The notes beneath the pieces are model-generated. The model was not told the origin of the DNA. It saw only the letters and a list, made by a program, of their open reading frames with translations, and did no database searches. The translations under genes and the position numbers were made by a program. Source: Kofleriaceae bacterium (GTDB lineage: Bacteria > Myxococcota_A > Polyangia > Haliangiales > Haliangiaceae). From it: 64,000 bases of DNA. This document shows positions 54,537-64,000 of the stretch, one piece after another (position 1 is the stretch's first letter; each line of letters opens with the position of its first letter). The stretch covers positions 96,001-160,000 of the forward strand of contig CBDCCZ010000042.1 in assembly GCA_965215005.1 (NCBI GenBank), in the 5' to 3' direction.

Positions 54537-56730
54537 GCCGGCTCACCACCGCCGGCAGCGCTGCCGCTAAGTTCTGCTGCTCGTCCCAATCCGAGGACAG
54601 ATCGTAGAGCTCGACCAGGTTGTCGCGCGGGCGCACTAGCAGCTTGTACGGCCATTCGAGCACCGCCCACTGTTCACTCTCGTTCTGCACCAGCGGTCCT
54701 CGCACCTCGTCGACGAGCTCTGTGGGCGCTCCGGGCACGAAATGCGGCACCAGCGAGATGCCGTCCACCTCCGCCAGCGGTGGCGCCCCCACCAGCGCCA
54801 GCAGCGTCGGCGCTAAATCATAGAGTGAGACCGGCTCGCGCGCGTGGTGCGGAGCGACTCCCGGCACCCGCACCGCCAGCGGCACGTGGGTGAGGCCATT
54901 GTAGACGTAGAGGCCGTGGTTGCGCGGCAGTCGCGGATCATCGCCCAAGCTCTCGCCGTGATCGCTCATGAGCACGACGATGGTCTCCTCAGCCGTGCCG
55001 CGGCGCTCGAGCTCGCCGAGCAGCCGGCCGATCTCCTTATCGACGACGCGGCAGAGCGCGCGGTAACGCTGCTCCACCGCGCTCTGCCCGGGCGACTCGA
55101 CCTCCGCGAGCAGCGCCGGTGCGATCGGCAGCTGCAAGTGCTCGTGGACGTCGAAATAATGGAGCCACGCGAAGAACGGCTTGTCTGCGCTACGCGTCAA
55201 GAAGCGCAGTCCGCGCGAGGTGGTCTCGGCCGCGGTCACGTGGTCGGCCACGTCTTTCTGAACCCGGTCGGCGACCACGGTCTGCTGCTCGGTGAGGCCG
55301 CGGGTGAGAAGAGTCTTTGGCACGTATCGCAGCACCTCCCGCGGCAACGCCGCGAAGGTCGTGCGACCGCTTTCGGCCATGGACTCGATGAGAGTCGACT
55401 CGATCGGTCCAAACGGGCTCACCCGTCCAGTTACGAAGCTCGAAAGCGCTATGTCGGTGCCCGCGGCGGGAGAGAACGCATGGTCGAACGCAACCGCCTC
55501 ATCCATAAACCCCATGAGATGCGGGAAATCGCGGCGATTTTGCGCCGTGTCGGTGAGCATATCGGCGCGCAGGGCATCGATGGACAGCACCAGCACGCTC
55601 TGCTGCGCGCCTCGCTCGAGCAGCGCGCGGGCCGGCGCGGAGGCCAGAAATTCAGCCAGCTGCTCGGCGCGCGGGCGGACTGGCTGTTGCCGCTGGGACG
55701 CCATGGCGGCATCGAATCCGTCACAGTCCTCGTCGCGGCCGTTGCCCGCAACCTCGATGGCTGCCGGATTGGTTGCTGGATCGCCGTCGTCACAGTCGCC
55801 GCCGCCCAGGATTGGCGAAAAGCCATCGCCATCGCGATCCATCGCGTCGCGGATGATGCGACTCAGGTGCCGCAGGTGGGTGCCTTCGGTCGAGACGGTC
55901 CAGCGATCGCTCGGTGACTGCAAGCCCGTCAGCAGAGCCACCAGCGTTGCGACGGCCACCGCGCCCGCCAACACCAGGCGGGGCACCTGCTCGAGCCAAG
56001 GCCAGATTGTCAGCGGCAATGCCGCGAGGACGAGCCCGGCGACAGCGGCCGAAAGCACCACCAGCAGCGCGTGCAGCTGCGGATACAAGCTCGGAAAGAA
56101 CGTGCGATTGGCGAGCTCGATGAGCACGACGGTCAGCGCCAGCGCGGCGGTCAATAACCAGCGACCGCGGCGTCCGCTGGCCAAACGCTCAGCGACCAAG
56201 ATGGCGACGGTGGAAAGGGCATACACCAGCGCCGGCACCCACACGTGGCCCCAGCTTGCTCCGGGAAGGGTGCTTGCGAGCGAGCCTTGAAAGAGCGTGA
56301 TCCCCAGCGGGATTGCCCACAGGATGCTAGGGGCGGCGAGAACCGCCGCGGAGCGCACCCCGCGCAGCTGCGCGCGATCGACCAGCCAGTGGCTGAGCGC
56401 GATGGCGGCGCCAATCAGAAGACCCAGGCCGGCGAGCAGCGCAACGGCGGTGGCGCGCAGCGAAACGCTGCCGCTGAGCGCCACGGCTTCCACGATTCCA
56501 ATGAAAGTCGCGCCGACGATGGCGGTGACGATGGGATCGCGCCCGGCGTCTGGCCGCGTCCCCCGCTGAAATGGTGCGCTGGGAATATCCCAAGCTACGG
56601 CGAGTCGCGCAGTGGCGGTAGCGAATTCGTCACCATCCCGTCGCCGAAGACCGGCGACCGCGCGTTCGAGCTGTGACCTACCCAATGACTTCGCTGCAGC
56701 CCCTGCCGCAGAACCGGGCGTGCAGCGCAC
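54436..56730 (-). CDS. Membrane-anchored sulfatase-like hydrolase/transferase with a putative Ca/metal-binding (MopE-type) repeat
   Basis: Multi-TM N-terminus; DRDGDGFS...DCDD...GNGRDEDCDG; SIDALRAD, WLHYFDVH and SDHGE. Start uncertain (56730 or TTG 56685). Confidence 0.85.
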   Translation of the reverse strand: MRCTPGSAAGAAAKSLGRSQLERAVAGLRRRDGDEFATATARLAVAWDIPSAPFQRGTRPDAGRDPIVTAIVGATFIGIVEAVALSGSVSLRATAVALLAGLGLLIGAAIALSHWLVDRAQLRGVRSAAVLAAPSILWAIPLGITLFQGSLASTLPGASWGHVWVPALVYALSTVAILVAERLASGRRGRWLLTAALALTVVLIELANRTFFPSLYPQLHALLVVLSAAVAGLVLAALPLTIWPWLEQVPRLVLAGAVAVATLVALLTGLQSPSDRWTVSTEGTHLRHLSRIIRDAMDRDGDGFSPILGGGDCDDGDPATNPAAIEVAGNGRDEDCDGFDAAMASQRQQPVRPRAEQLAEFLASAPARALLERGAQQSVLVLSIDALRADMLTDTAQNRRDFPHLMGFMDEAVAFDHAFSPAAGTDIALSSFVTGRVSPFGPIESTLIESMAESGRTTFAALPREVLRYVPKTLLTRGLTEQQTVVADRVQKDVADHVTAAETTSRGLRFLTRSADKPFFAWLHYFDVHEHLQLPIAPALLAEVESPGQSAVEQRYRALCRVVDKEIGRLLGELERRGTAEETIVVLMSDHGESLGDDPRLPRNHGLYVYNGLTHVPLAVRVPGVAPHHAREPVSLYDLAPTLLALVGAPPLAEVDGISLVPHFVPGAPTELVDEVRGPLVQNESEQWAVLEWPYKLLVRPRDNLVELYDLSSDWDEQQNLAAALPAVVSRLKQAYAAFPAVHLDRTREGRRWREQQARKPARR

Positions 56731-56789
56731 GGAAGCTAGACGTGCGCTCCGCTGCCATTGTCCCTCACGCGCCGGGCGCTTGAGGTACC

Positions 56790-57608
56790 ATGCCCAGCAT
56801 GCGCAGGACCTGTCTCGTGCTCTTAGCTCTCGGTGCCGCGGCCCCCTCTATCGCGGTCGCCGATGACAGCCCTCCGTTGATCATGCCGGAGGTCGACAAC
56901 GACCATCGCGTCGGGCTCTCGTTTGAAATCGGCAGCCTCGATCGAGGTGCTGACGACGTGCTCATGCTCGGTTTCGTCGGCGAAGGCCACTTTCGGCTCG
57001 CGCCCCGCTGGGGCATCGACCTGGCCCTGCCGATGGTTCACACCAGCAGCGATCTACCGAGCGGCACGGGCCTTGGCAATCTCTTGCTCGGAGTTGGTTA
57101 TCTGCTGTCGCGAGAGGGCGGCGGCAGCGCGCTGCGCACCAGCCAATTTCGTGCCGCTGTCTCGCTGCCCACCGCCAGTGACGATGGCAACGGCTTAGCG
57201 GCGGCGGTCGCCGGCTCGCTGTTCAACCTCGAAGACCCGGGGCTGTGGGCGCCCGATACCACGACCCTGCGGTTCATGGGCGACTATCGCTACCAAACCA
57301 GTCCCATCTTTCTCCAGCTCGAGGCCGGTGTGCATCTTCTGCTCCGCGACGGCGATGACGACACATTGCTACGCGTGGGTCTTGGATTCGGCGTCGAGGT
57401 CAGTCGCTCGCTGTCGCTGTTGGCCGAGCTGCAGACCGTCACGCCGATCGTCACCGATGATGGCGAAGATCTGTTCTTGCACGAGCTCGATCTCGGTATG
57501 CACCTGCCGCTCGGTCGCGCCGGCGCGCTCACCCCGCGGGTGTTCTTCGCCCTCGACGATGCGCGCGACTACTGGGGGGTGGGATTGGACTACACCGCCT
57601 ACTTGTGA
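56790..57608 (+). CDS. Outer-membrane beta-barrel-like hypothetical protein
   Basis: Signal peptide (AVA-DD), alternating amphipathic strands and an aromatic-rich C-terminal strand WGVGLDYTAYL. Confidence 0.7.
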   Translation: MPSMRRTCLVLLALGAAAPSIAVADDSPPLIMPEVDNDHRVGLSFEIGSLDRGADDVLMLGFVGEGHFRLAPRWGIDLALPMVHTSSDLPSGTGLGNLLLGVGYLLSREGGGSALRTSQFRAAVSLPTASDDGNGLAAAVAGSLFNLEDPGLWAPDTTTLRFMGDYRYQTSPIFLQLEAGVHLLLRDGDDDTLLRVGLGFGVEVSRSLSLLAELQTVTPIVTDDGEDLFLHELDLGMHLPLGRAGALTPRVFFALDDARDYWGVGLDYTAYL

Positions 57609-57625
57609 TCGATACCGCAATGGCC

Positions 57626-59065
57626 TCAGTCGCTGTCCTCGTCTTCAAATCCCCAGCCGGCGTCCGACATATCGGCAGTACGGGGTCCTGGGGTCCCGGC
57701 CTTCTTTGGCGCCATGGCTTCTTGCCGCGGCGCAACCAGCTCCTCTTCGGCGCCCTCGTGCAATGAGTCGGCTCGAGTAACGCGTTTGCCGGCCTCGCCA
57801 GAGCGGACCAGGGCGACGCGAAACAGCGCCGGTGCGACAATCTCGTTGATGGCGACGATCCCGAGGATCAATGCCGCGGCGGTCTCGCCGAGGATGGGGA
57901 ACGTGCGCGCCACCAGCATCGCCAGCGCTAGGGCCAGGCCGGCTTGTGGAAGCAGCCCAAACCCCGCCCACGTTCGCACCGGGCGCGAGGCACCGGCAAT
58001 CACGCAAGCGAGCTGTGTGCCGGCCAGAAATCCAGCCGCCCGCACGGCGATCAGCGCCAACGCCGGCACCCACACCAGCGGCAACACATCGAGATGAATC
58101 GCCGCGCCGGCGACCGCAAAGAACAGCACGTAGACCGGCATCGATGAGGCCTCGAGGTCGCGTAACAAGCGGTGCCCAGCGGAGGTCGCGTTGTTGACGA
58201 GCATGCCGGCAGCCAACGCGATGAGCAGCGGATCCAGATGCACCCGCGTGCCGATCTCGGCGATGATCACCGCGACGGCCAGTAGGAACAGCGATGCGCC
58301 GCCCTTCACCAAGCGCAGATACAGCGCCAAGATAGCGCCGACCACGACGCCGGCGCCGAGGGAGCCGAACAGCTCCCAGGCAACCTTGGCCGCGGTCGCG
58401 CCCACGCTCGTGGCGGTTCCGAGCACCGCTTGCGCCACCGAGGTCGCCAGCGCAAACAACACGATGACGAGCAGGTCGGCGATTACCACCACGCCCAGCA
58501 CGGTTTGCGATACCGGCCCCTCCGCGGCGGTCTCGTCGCGCAGCGCCACCACCACCGCCGGCGACTGCGCCACGATAGTCACCGCCAGGAGCCCCGCAAC
58601 CGCGAGCGACGGCACCAGCGGCAGCTCCGCGAAAAACGGCAAGTAACCGCGCAACGCAAACACCGCGGCCGCCAGCAACGCACCGGTGCCGAGCACGGCG
58701 ATGACGCTGATCCACAAAATCACGCGCAACAGCGGACGAATGGCGCCAAATGCCATCTCACCGCCCGCGGTGAGCGCGATGAGCGCGACGGCCACGCCGT
58801 TGACGAGGGTGAGGTCGGCCACCATCTTGCTCGTCACCAAGCCGAGCACCGACGGTCCAAACACGATCCCGGCGGCGATGTAGCCGGTGAGCTTTGGCAG
58901 CCGGATTCCGGCAAACAGCTTGCCGCTGAAGTACGCCGCCAGCAGCATGAATCCCGCTGCCAGCGAGGCTTGGCCGAGCGGCTCCACCGGGCTGCTCGCC
59001 GGTGCAAACGTGCCCGCGGCGGCCATGATGCCAGCGAGCGCGAGCAAGATGAGAAGGTTGAGCAT
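57626..59065 (-). CDS. Cation:proton antiporter (CPA2-like)
   Basis: LPKLTGYIAAGIVFGPSVLG, SPAVVVA, FFAVAGA and GLLPQAGLALAL. ATG overlaps the upstream stop. Confidence 0.88.
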   Translation of the reverse strand: MLNLLILLALAGIMAAAGTFAPASSPVEPLGQASLAAGFMLLAAYFSGKLFAGIRLPKLTGYIAAGIVFGPSVLGLVTSKMVADLTLVNGVAVALIALTAGGEMAFGAIRPLLRVILWISVIAVLGTGALLAAAVFALRGYLPFFAELPLVPSLAVAGLLAVTIVAQSPAVVVALRDETAAEGPVSQTVLGVVVIADLLVIVLFALATSVAQAVLGTATSVGATAAKVAWELFGSLGAGVVVGAILALYLRLVKGGASLFLLAVAVIIAEIGTRVHLDPLLIALAAGMLVNNATSAGHRLLRDLEASSMPVYVLFFAVAGAAIHLDVLPLVWVPALALIAVRAAGFLAGTQLACVIAGASRPVRTWAGFGLLPQAGLALALAMLVARTFPILGETAAALILGIVAINEIVAPALFRVALVRSGEAGKRVTRADSLHEGAEEELVAPRQEAMAPKKAGTPGPRTADMSDAGWGFEDEDSD

Positions 59066-60669
59066 CACGGCGCGCGCTCCGCGCGTCCCACCAGCTGCAC
59101 CACCAGCTCGGTGACGATGGCGCCGCCGATGACGGCGGTGACTACCCATGGAATGGCACGGCCCAAGTACAGGGTCTGTACGCTCACCACGATGGCGATC
59201 GCCAAAGAACCCATGGGCGCGAACACCGCGAGCTCGCGCTGGCCGAGCGCCACCTCGGTGCCGTCGCGCCGCGCCCACAGCACCGCCAATGCGCGCCCGC
59301 CAAAGCGCGCCGTGACGAACACGGGCACCAGCAGCCATCCCCGCCAGTCACCCACGTCCCACATCGCCCCCGCAATGACCAGGAACGCCAGATACAGGGG
59401 CCGCTCGAGGCGGTGCAACGTTTGCCCCATGCGCCGCTTGAAGTCGCCGGGCAGATTGGCGACCACCAGCCCCACCAAGAAACTCACCGCGATGGGGGAC
59501 AAGCGCAGGTAGCTCGCCATGCCGGCGCTGAACCCAATCGAGCCGATCAAGAGGACCAGCGACTCGGCGGCGCTCGCCTGGCGGCGCATCACTATATAGA
59601 TCAGCGCGCCGAGACAGCCGCCCAGGCCAAGGGTCACGAACAGCCACGCGGTGCCGGGAAGCTGCCAGGCCACGTAGGTCGAAGCGGGACGAAAGTACGC
59701 GCCCAAGATCAACAGCGCGACGATGGCGGCAACATCGTCGATGAATGCGATCTGCTCGAGCGTGCCGCCATCGACCGTGGCAGCGCGGCCAATGCGCTGG
59801 CGAATGAGCGGCGGCACGGTGATCGCGGCGGCGGCGCCGAGAATGGTGGCGTCGCGCAAAAACATCGCCTCGTTCCATTCGTGGCCAAACGCCAACAAAG
59901 CGGCGCTGCTGGCCAACACCACCGCCAGAAACGAGAGTCCGGTGATCAGCGCAGTCAGCTTGACCACCGCGTTCGAGAGGCGATCGAGCACACCGAGGTC
60001 GAAGCGAAATCCAATCAGAAAGCCAATCCAGCCGAGCCCGAGCTGGAGCACTGACGATAGCTGCGCCAACACCCCATCGGTAAGGATTCCCACCGACGGC
60101 TGACGCGCGAGCAATCCAAAGGCGATGAAAGGAAATCCGGCGGTGACGACCTGGGAGATGCCCAAGACGTGCTCGACGCGCTGCACGCGCGGATGGCCGC
60201 CCAGGTACGCCAGCGTCAACAAGGCCAATAAGCCAAGTACAACGCGGGCGACGGCGCTCGAGTCGGCGTCGGCGGGCGTGGCGGGCTCATGCGCCGGAGC
60301 GGGAGCCGGCTCCGGTGCTGCGACGTCGACCGGGAGAGCGGAGTCGGGGGCAGCAGGAACGGCCGCCGCGGGCGCCTGCGACATCCCGGCATCGGGCTCG
60401 AGCGGGCTCCAATCCTCGCCCACCGCTGCCGCGCCCGCGTCGCGGTTCCACCAGGAGTCTGCCAGGTTCTGCTCCGTCGACGGCTGAGCGGCCGGCGCAC
60501 CCGCATCGAGATCGTCCTCGTCGCTGGCGACGACGCCCGGTCCCGCATCGATTCTGTCGGCTGCAAGCGGCGTCTGAGCCACGCTCACGCCGCCAACCGC
60601 CACGCCGATGAGCAGCGCTGCTAAACAACCTACCCGACGAGCTGCGTAGGCACGGGCACGTGGCTGCAT
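59065..60669 (-). CDS. Cation:proton antiporter-like membrane protein with an exported acidic Pro/Ala N-terminal extension
   Basis: LGWIGFLIG, FIDDVAA and LSPIAVSFLVG; 12 or more TM segments; signal-like N-terminus. Confidence 0.8.
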   Translation of the reverse strand: MQPRARAYAARRVGCLAALLIGVAVGGVSVAQTPLAADRIDAGPGVVASDEDDLDAGAPAAQPSTEQNLADSWWNRDAGAAAVGEDWSPLEPDAGMSQAPAAAVPAAPDSALPVDVAAPEPAPAPAHEPATPADADSSAVARVVLGLLALLTLAYLGGHPRVQRVEHVLGISQVVTAGFPFIAFGLLARQPSVGILTDGVLAQLSSVLQLGLGWIGFLIGFRFDLGVLDRLSNAVVKLTALITGLSFLAVVLASSAALLAFGHEWNEAMFLRDATILGAAAAITVPPLIRQRIGRAATVDGGTLEQIAFIDDVAAIVALLILGAYFRPASTYVAWQLPGTAWLFVTLGLGGCLGALIYIVMRRQASAAESLVLLIGSIGFSAGMASYLRLSPIAVSFLVGLVVANLPGDFKRRMGQTLHRLERPLYLAFLVIAGAMWDVGDWRGWLLVPVFVTARFGGRALAVLWARRDGTEVALGQRELAVFAPMGSLAIAIVVSVQTLYLGRAIPWVVTAVIGGAIVTELVVQLVGRAERAP

Positions 60670-60749
60670 GGCGCGCGCCAGCGTAACACGCGGCCACTGG
60701 CGCCAACGGAGGCGACCCCGCAGAAGCTGGTGACGATGGTCGGCGCGCG

Positions 60750-61295
60750 CTACTTGTTCGGCGGGTACTTTTGCAGCTTGCGCTGCAGCGAGCGCCGGTG
60801 AATCCCGAGGCGCCGCGCGGCTTCCGAGATGTTGCCGCCGCAGTCCGACAACACGCGGTTGATGTGTTCCCACTCGGCGCGGGCCAGCGACGGCGCCTCC
60901 GCGTAGCTCGGGTCGGGCGGCTCGAGCGGCGGCGCCTCGGCGCGATGAAACGCGGCCAAGATGTCGTCGGCATCGGCCGGTTTGGCCAGATAATTGGCTG
61001 CCCCAAGACGCACCGCATCGACGGCGGTGGCGATGCTGCCGTAACCGGTGAGCACCACCACCTTGGTGGCGCCATCGATAGTCCGCAGCGCCTTCACCAA
61101 TTCCAGCCCCGAGCGCCCCGGCATGCGCAAGTCGACCACCGCGAGCTCCGGCGAGTCCTGGCGAGCCGCTAGCAGCGCCTGATCATAATCTGCGGCAACG
61201 CGGACGTCGTAGCCGCGATCTTCGAAGGCACGCGCGAGCCGCTTGCGGAATACTTCGTCATCGTCGACGAGCAGGATGGAGGGAGGATTGCTCAT
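60750..61295 (-). CDS. regA: RegA/PrrA/ActR family response regulator
   Basis: LVDDDEVF, LTGYGSIATAV, EWEHINRVL and HRRSLQRKL HTH. Confidence 0.95.
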   Translation of the reverse strand: MSNPPSILLVDDDEVFRKRLARAFEDRGYDVRVAADYDQALLAARQDSPELAVVDLRMPGRSGLELVKALRTIDGATKVVVLTGYGSIATAVDAVRLGAANYLAKPADADDILAAFHRAEAPPLEPPDPSYAEAPSLARAEWEHINRVLSDCGGNISEAARRLGIHRRSLQRKLQKYPPNK

Positions 61296-61324
61296 GAGAG
61301 ATTTGGGCGGCGCAGGCATCCTAC

Positions 61325-62599
61325 TCAGCGACTCGCAACACCGCCACCGCTGCGCGGCAGCGTAACCGTCACGGTCGTTCCCTGCTCGAGCACCGACTGC
61401 AGCTGCAGCCGGCCGCCTAGGCTCTCGATCACGGCCCGCGTTAGGAACAAGCCAAGGCCCATTCCCTTGCCGGGTTCCTTGGTGGTGAAAAATGGCTCGC
61501 CTGCACGTGCGAGCACCTGCGCCGGCATGCCGCCGCCTTCGTCGCTCACTCGCAGCACCAGCTGGTCGCTGCGGGTGGTCGCGGTGATCACCACCGGCTT
61601 GTCGGCGGGCGAGGCATCTTGCGCATTGGTGACCAGCGACCGCAGCGCCTGCACCACCGCTGTGAGCGGCACCGACAGTTGCGCCTCTCGCACCTCGTCC
61701 ACCGTGTCGACGCGAACCGCCGGCTGCTCGCGAATGCCGCTCCACACGTCGTCCAAGATGCGCCGCAGCGCCACGGTCTGCACGGCTTCGCCAGAGCTCG
61801 CCCCCGCGCCTCCTGCCATCTGATCGAGGATCGCCCGACAACGCCCCGCTTGTTCACGGATCAGCCGCGCGTCTTCCACCAGCGTCGAGCTCGCCGCGCC
61901 ATCCCGCTCGAGCTGGCGCTCGAGCTCCTTGCCCACCAGCGCGATGGTGCTGAGCGGCGTCGAAAGCTCGTGCGCGGCTCCCGCTGCCATCGTTGCCAGC
62001 GACGCCAACCGCTCCTGCCGCGCAGCCAGATTTCTGGCGTCGGCGAGCTCGCGTTCGCGCGCTGCGAGTGCCGTGGTCGCCCGCAACAAAAAGTGCACGA
62101 TGAACGCCGACGCCACTCCGAGCGCCACCCACATGCCCTGCTCGTGCACCGCACCGGCGTCGAGGCCAGCGAGGTCGAGGCGGCGATGCCCGAGAAGCAG
62201 CAATCCAAACGACCCCAGCGACAGCGCCACCAGCATCCAGGTCCAGTGGGCGTGCAGCACCACCGCCGCCAGCGCGATCTGCACCAAGTAAAGGAAGCTA
62301 AACGGGTTGTAGGGGCCGCCGGTGTAGTAGAGCAGGCCGGTGAGCAGCGCGACGTCGAGCGCCATGATCCCCGCGACATGCCACTCGCGCACCAGCGGCT
62401 GGCGACGAAACCACAGCTCGCAGACGACATTGGAGGCTAGGCCCACCGCCACCACTCCAGCCAGCGGCGCCAAAGGCAACCCAATGCCCATGCCCAGGTA
62501 GACGCCGAGAATCGTCGCCGCCTGCCCCGCCACCTGCGCCCAACGCAGCTTCATCAGCCACGAAAAGTTGAGCCGGTCGCGGTCCGGGATCCCGGTCAT
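61325..62599 (-). CDS. regB: RegB/PrrB/ActS family redox-sensing histidine kinase
   Basis: TGGPYNPF quinone-binding motif, AAHELSTPL H-box, RCR cysteine and GMGLGL. Confidence 0.93.
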   Translation of the reverse strand: MTGIPDRDRLNFSWLMKLRWAQVAGQAATILGVYLGMGIGLPLAPLAGVVAVGLASNVVCELWFRRQPLVREWHVAGIMALDVALLTGLLYYTGGPYNPFSFLYLVQIALAAVVLHAHWTWMLVALSLGSFGLLLLGHRRLDLAGLDAGAVHEQGMWVALGVASAFIVHFLLRATTALAARERELADARNLAARQERLASLATMAAGAAHELSTPLSTIALVGKELERQLERDGAASSTLVEDARLIREQAGRCRAILDQMAGGAGASSGEAVQTVALRRILDDVWSGIREQPAVRVDTVDEVREAQLSVPLTAVVQALRSLVTNAQDASPADKPVVITATTRSDQLVLRVSDEGGGMPAQVLARAGEPFFTTKEPGKGMGLGLFLTRAVIESLGGRLQLQSVLEQGTTVTVTLPRSGGGVASR

Positions 62600-62699
62600 G
62601 ATCTGGCTAGGGCGACGCACCGGGCCAGCTATAGCGCACCCTGGCAACGAACGCAGGACCAACGAAACGAGCCGCTGATGCAGGTGCACCAGCGGCTCG

Positions 62700-62725
62700 A
62701 AGAAACCGGCTCCAAAACAGCCGGT
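62700..62725 (-). terminator. Possible intrinsic terminator after the dsbA-like gene
   Basis: Minus strand ACCGGCT-GTTTTGG-AGCCGGT followed by TTCTT. Confidence 0.5.
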
Positions 62726-62774
62726 GGGGCTCGCTGCGGCGCGGATGGTGGCCGCGCCGGTCGAGCCGGCAGAC

Positions 62775-63587
62775 TCAGTTACCGAAGTTCTTCTCGCCTT
62801 TGGCCATCACCTGCTGCTCGTAATAGTTGCCGGGTTGGATGCCTTTCTTGACGGCTTCGTTGGCCTTGGCCAGCTCTTCATCGATGATGGCCTTGAACTG
62901 CTCGACCGGACGCGCGCCCGACAGGAAGCGACCATTGATCCAGAACGCGGGAGTTCCGCGGCCGCCGACTTGCTGTAGCTCACGCTGATCGCTGGCGACG
63001 ATCTCTTTGCACTTGCCGTCCATGTCGGCTTTGAACTTGGACATGTCGAGACCGGCTTCCTTGGCCAGCTTCTCCATGTTCTCTTGACCGAACTCGCGGG
63101 TGTTGAAGCCCTTCTCCCAGATCAGCTCCTCCATCTCGCTCCACTTGCCCTGCAGTCCAGCGGCACACGCAGCGTAGGCGGGCACGGTGGCGACCTGCGG
63201 GTGAACCACGAAGTGCTTGTAGACGACGCGGACATCATCTTTATAGTCTTTGAGCAGCTGCTCCATAGTTGGCCGAACCCGCTGGCAGAACGGGCACGCA
63301 AACTCGAACCCTTCCACGATGGTGACCTTGGCGTCCTTGGCACCCACCGACGGGTTGTAGTCGTGCACCGGCACCGCGAATACGGTGTTGGAATCTGGGC
63401 GTGACGGCGCCTGGGGAGCCGCCGCGCCGCCAGGCGCCGCGCGGCCGCCCTGCTTGAGCGCCGTCTCGATTCCCACGAGCCGCTGGTCGATCTTGTCGAG
63501 CTGCTCACGGATACCGCTGTCGTCTTTTTGGCAGGCGCCAAGCGAGGCAGCGAGCGCCGCCGCTGCAATGAGTCCGAGCTTCTTCAC
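62775..63587 (-). CDS. DsbA-family thioredoxin-fold lipoprotein
   Basis: Lipobox LGA-C, CPFC active site and GTPAFWING; GAGGAG RBS before GTG 63587. Confidence 0.9.
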   Translation of the reverse strand: MKKLGLIAAAALAASLGACQKDDSGIREQLDKIDQRLVGIETALKQGGRAAPGGAAAPQAPSRPDSNTVFAVPVHDYNPSVGAKDAKVTIVEGFEFACPFCQRVRPTMEQLLKDYKDDVRVVYKHFVVHPQVATVPAYAACAAGLQGKWSEMEELIWEKGFNTREFGQENMEKLAKEAGLDMSKFKADMDGKCKEIVASDQRELQQVGGRGTPAFWINGRFLSGARPVEQFKAIIDEELAKANEAVKKGIQPGNYYEQQVMAKGEKNFGN

Positions 63588-63598
63588 GTTGATTCTCC

Positions 63599-64000
63599 TC
63601 ATTCACACGTTGGGTATTGCGATGAAAGCTCGCTCGTCGGCGAGCTCATGACACCTTGTTCGCACGCGCTCACTGCCGGCAGACCGAGCTGCTCGGCGGA
63701 TACCGAGGCCACCAGCGCAAGCTTGATCCGTTCGAGCTCGGCCGAGGACAACACGCCGTCACCATCGCGGTCAACGCGCGGATCGGCCCAGCTCACCAGC
63801 TCGCCGCCGACGTGCTCGAAGAAACCATCGACCGCGCGGCGTTTCATTCGCTGCTGGTGCGCGCACACCTCGTCGCGCGACAGCTCGCCATCACCATCGA
63901 CGTCGGCTTCGGGATGCGCGGCCAAGATCGTGGCGATCACGCCCGGCGCAATCACGCACTCCCCCGAGCCCGTGCTCGCCGCTTCGGCTCCCGGTGCGCC
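63599..64000 (-). CDS. C-terminal part of a protein with EF-hand-like Ca-binding loops (5' end outside the window)
   Basis: DVDGDGELSRDE and DRDGDGVLSSAE; the frame stays open to position 64000. Confidence 0.7.
   Translation of the reverse strand, partial: GAPGAEAASTGSGECVIAPGVIATILAAHPEADVDGDGELSRDEVCAHQQRMKRRAVDGFFEHVGGELVSWADPRVDRDGDGVLSSAELERIKLALVASVSAEQLGLPAVSACEQGVMSSPTSELSSQYPTCE

Overview
GC-rich (by eye roughly two-thirds G+C), gene-dense chromosomal window from a myxobacterium. The markers are a CdbA-type TIGR04563 protein, a MYXO-CTERM-like signal, tandem PilZ genes and VRDHR/YXWGXW repeat proteins, which suggest a Haliangium/Kofleria-like Myxococcota member (inference). Most genes are housekeeping: pyrF (partial), dnaE, uppP, a liuE/liuC-like leucine catabolism pair, a Rieske gene with a fused cytochrome b/c gene, dksA-like, cdbA, class II ribonucleotide reductase nrdJ, mscS, otsA, gap-pgk-tpiA-secG-dapF, maf-yggS-yebC-ruvCAB, two CPA-type antiporters, regBA and a dsbA-like gene. 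Many uncharacterised lipoproteins and outer-membrane proteins are interspersed. I found no tRNA, rRNA, CRISPR array or mobile element. A zone at about 26.2-29.9 kb carries many single-base frameshifts, most likely long-read assembly errors, which break a ~3.8 kb surface-protein gene and nrdJ. The most notable observations are: (1) an apparent polyprotein with an internal MYXO-CTERM-like sorting signal joined in frame to a second lipoprotein signal peptide; (2) a LexA-like box upstream of nrdJ; (3) a set of sigma-54 promoters, three of them placed for leaderless mRNAs, including the osmostress pair mscS/otsA; (4) an SLH / double-spondin / BPI-like lipoprotein cluster; (5) several candidate structured RNA elements.
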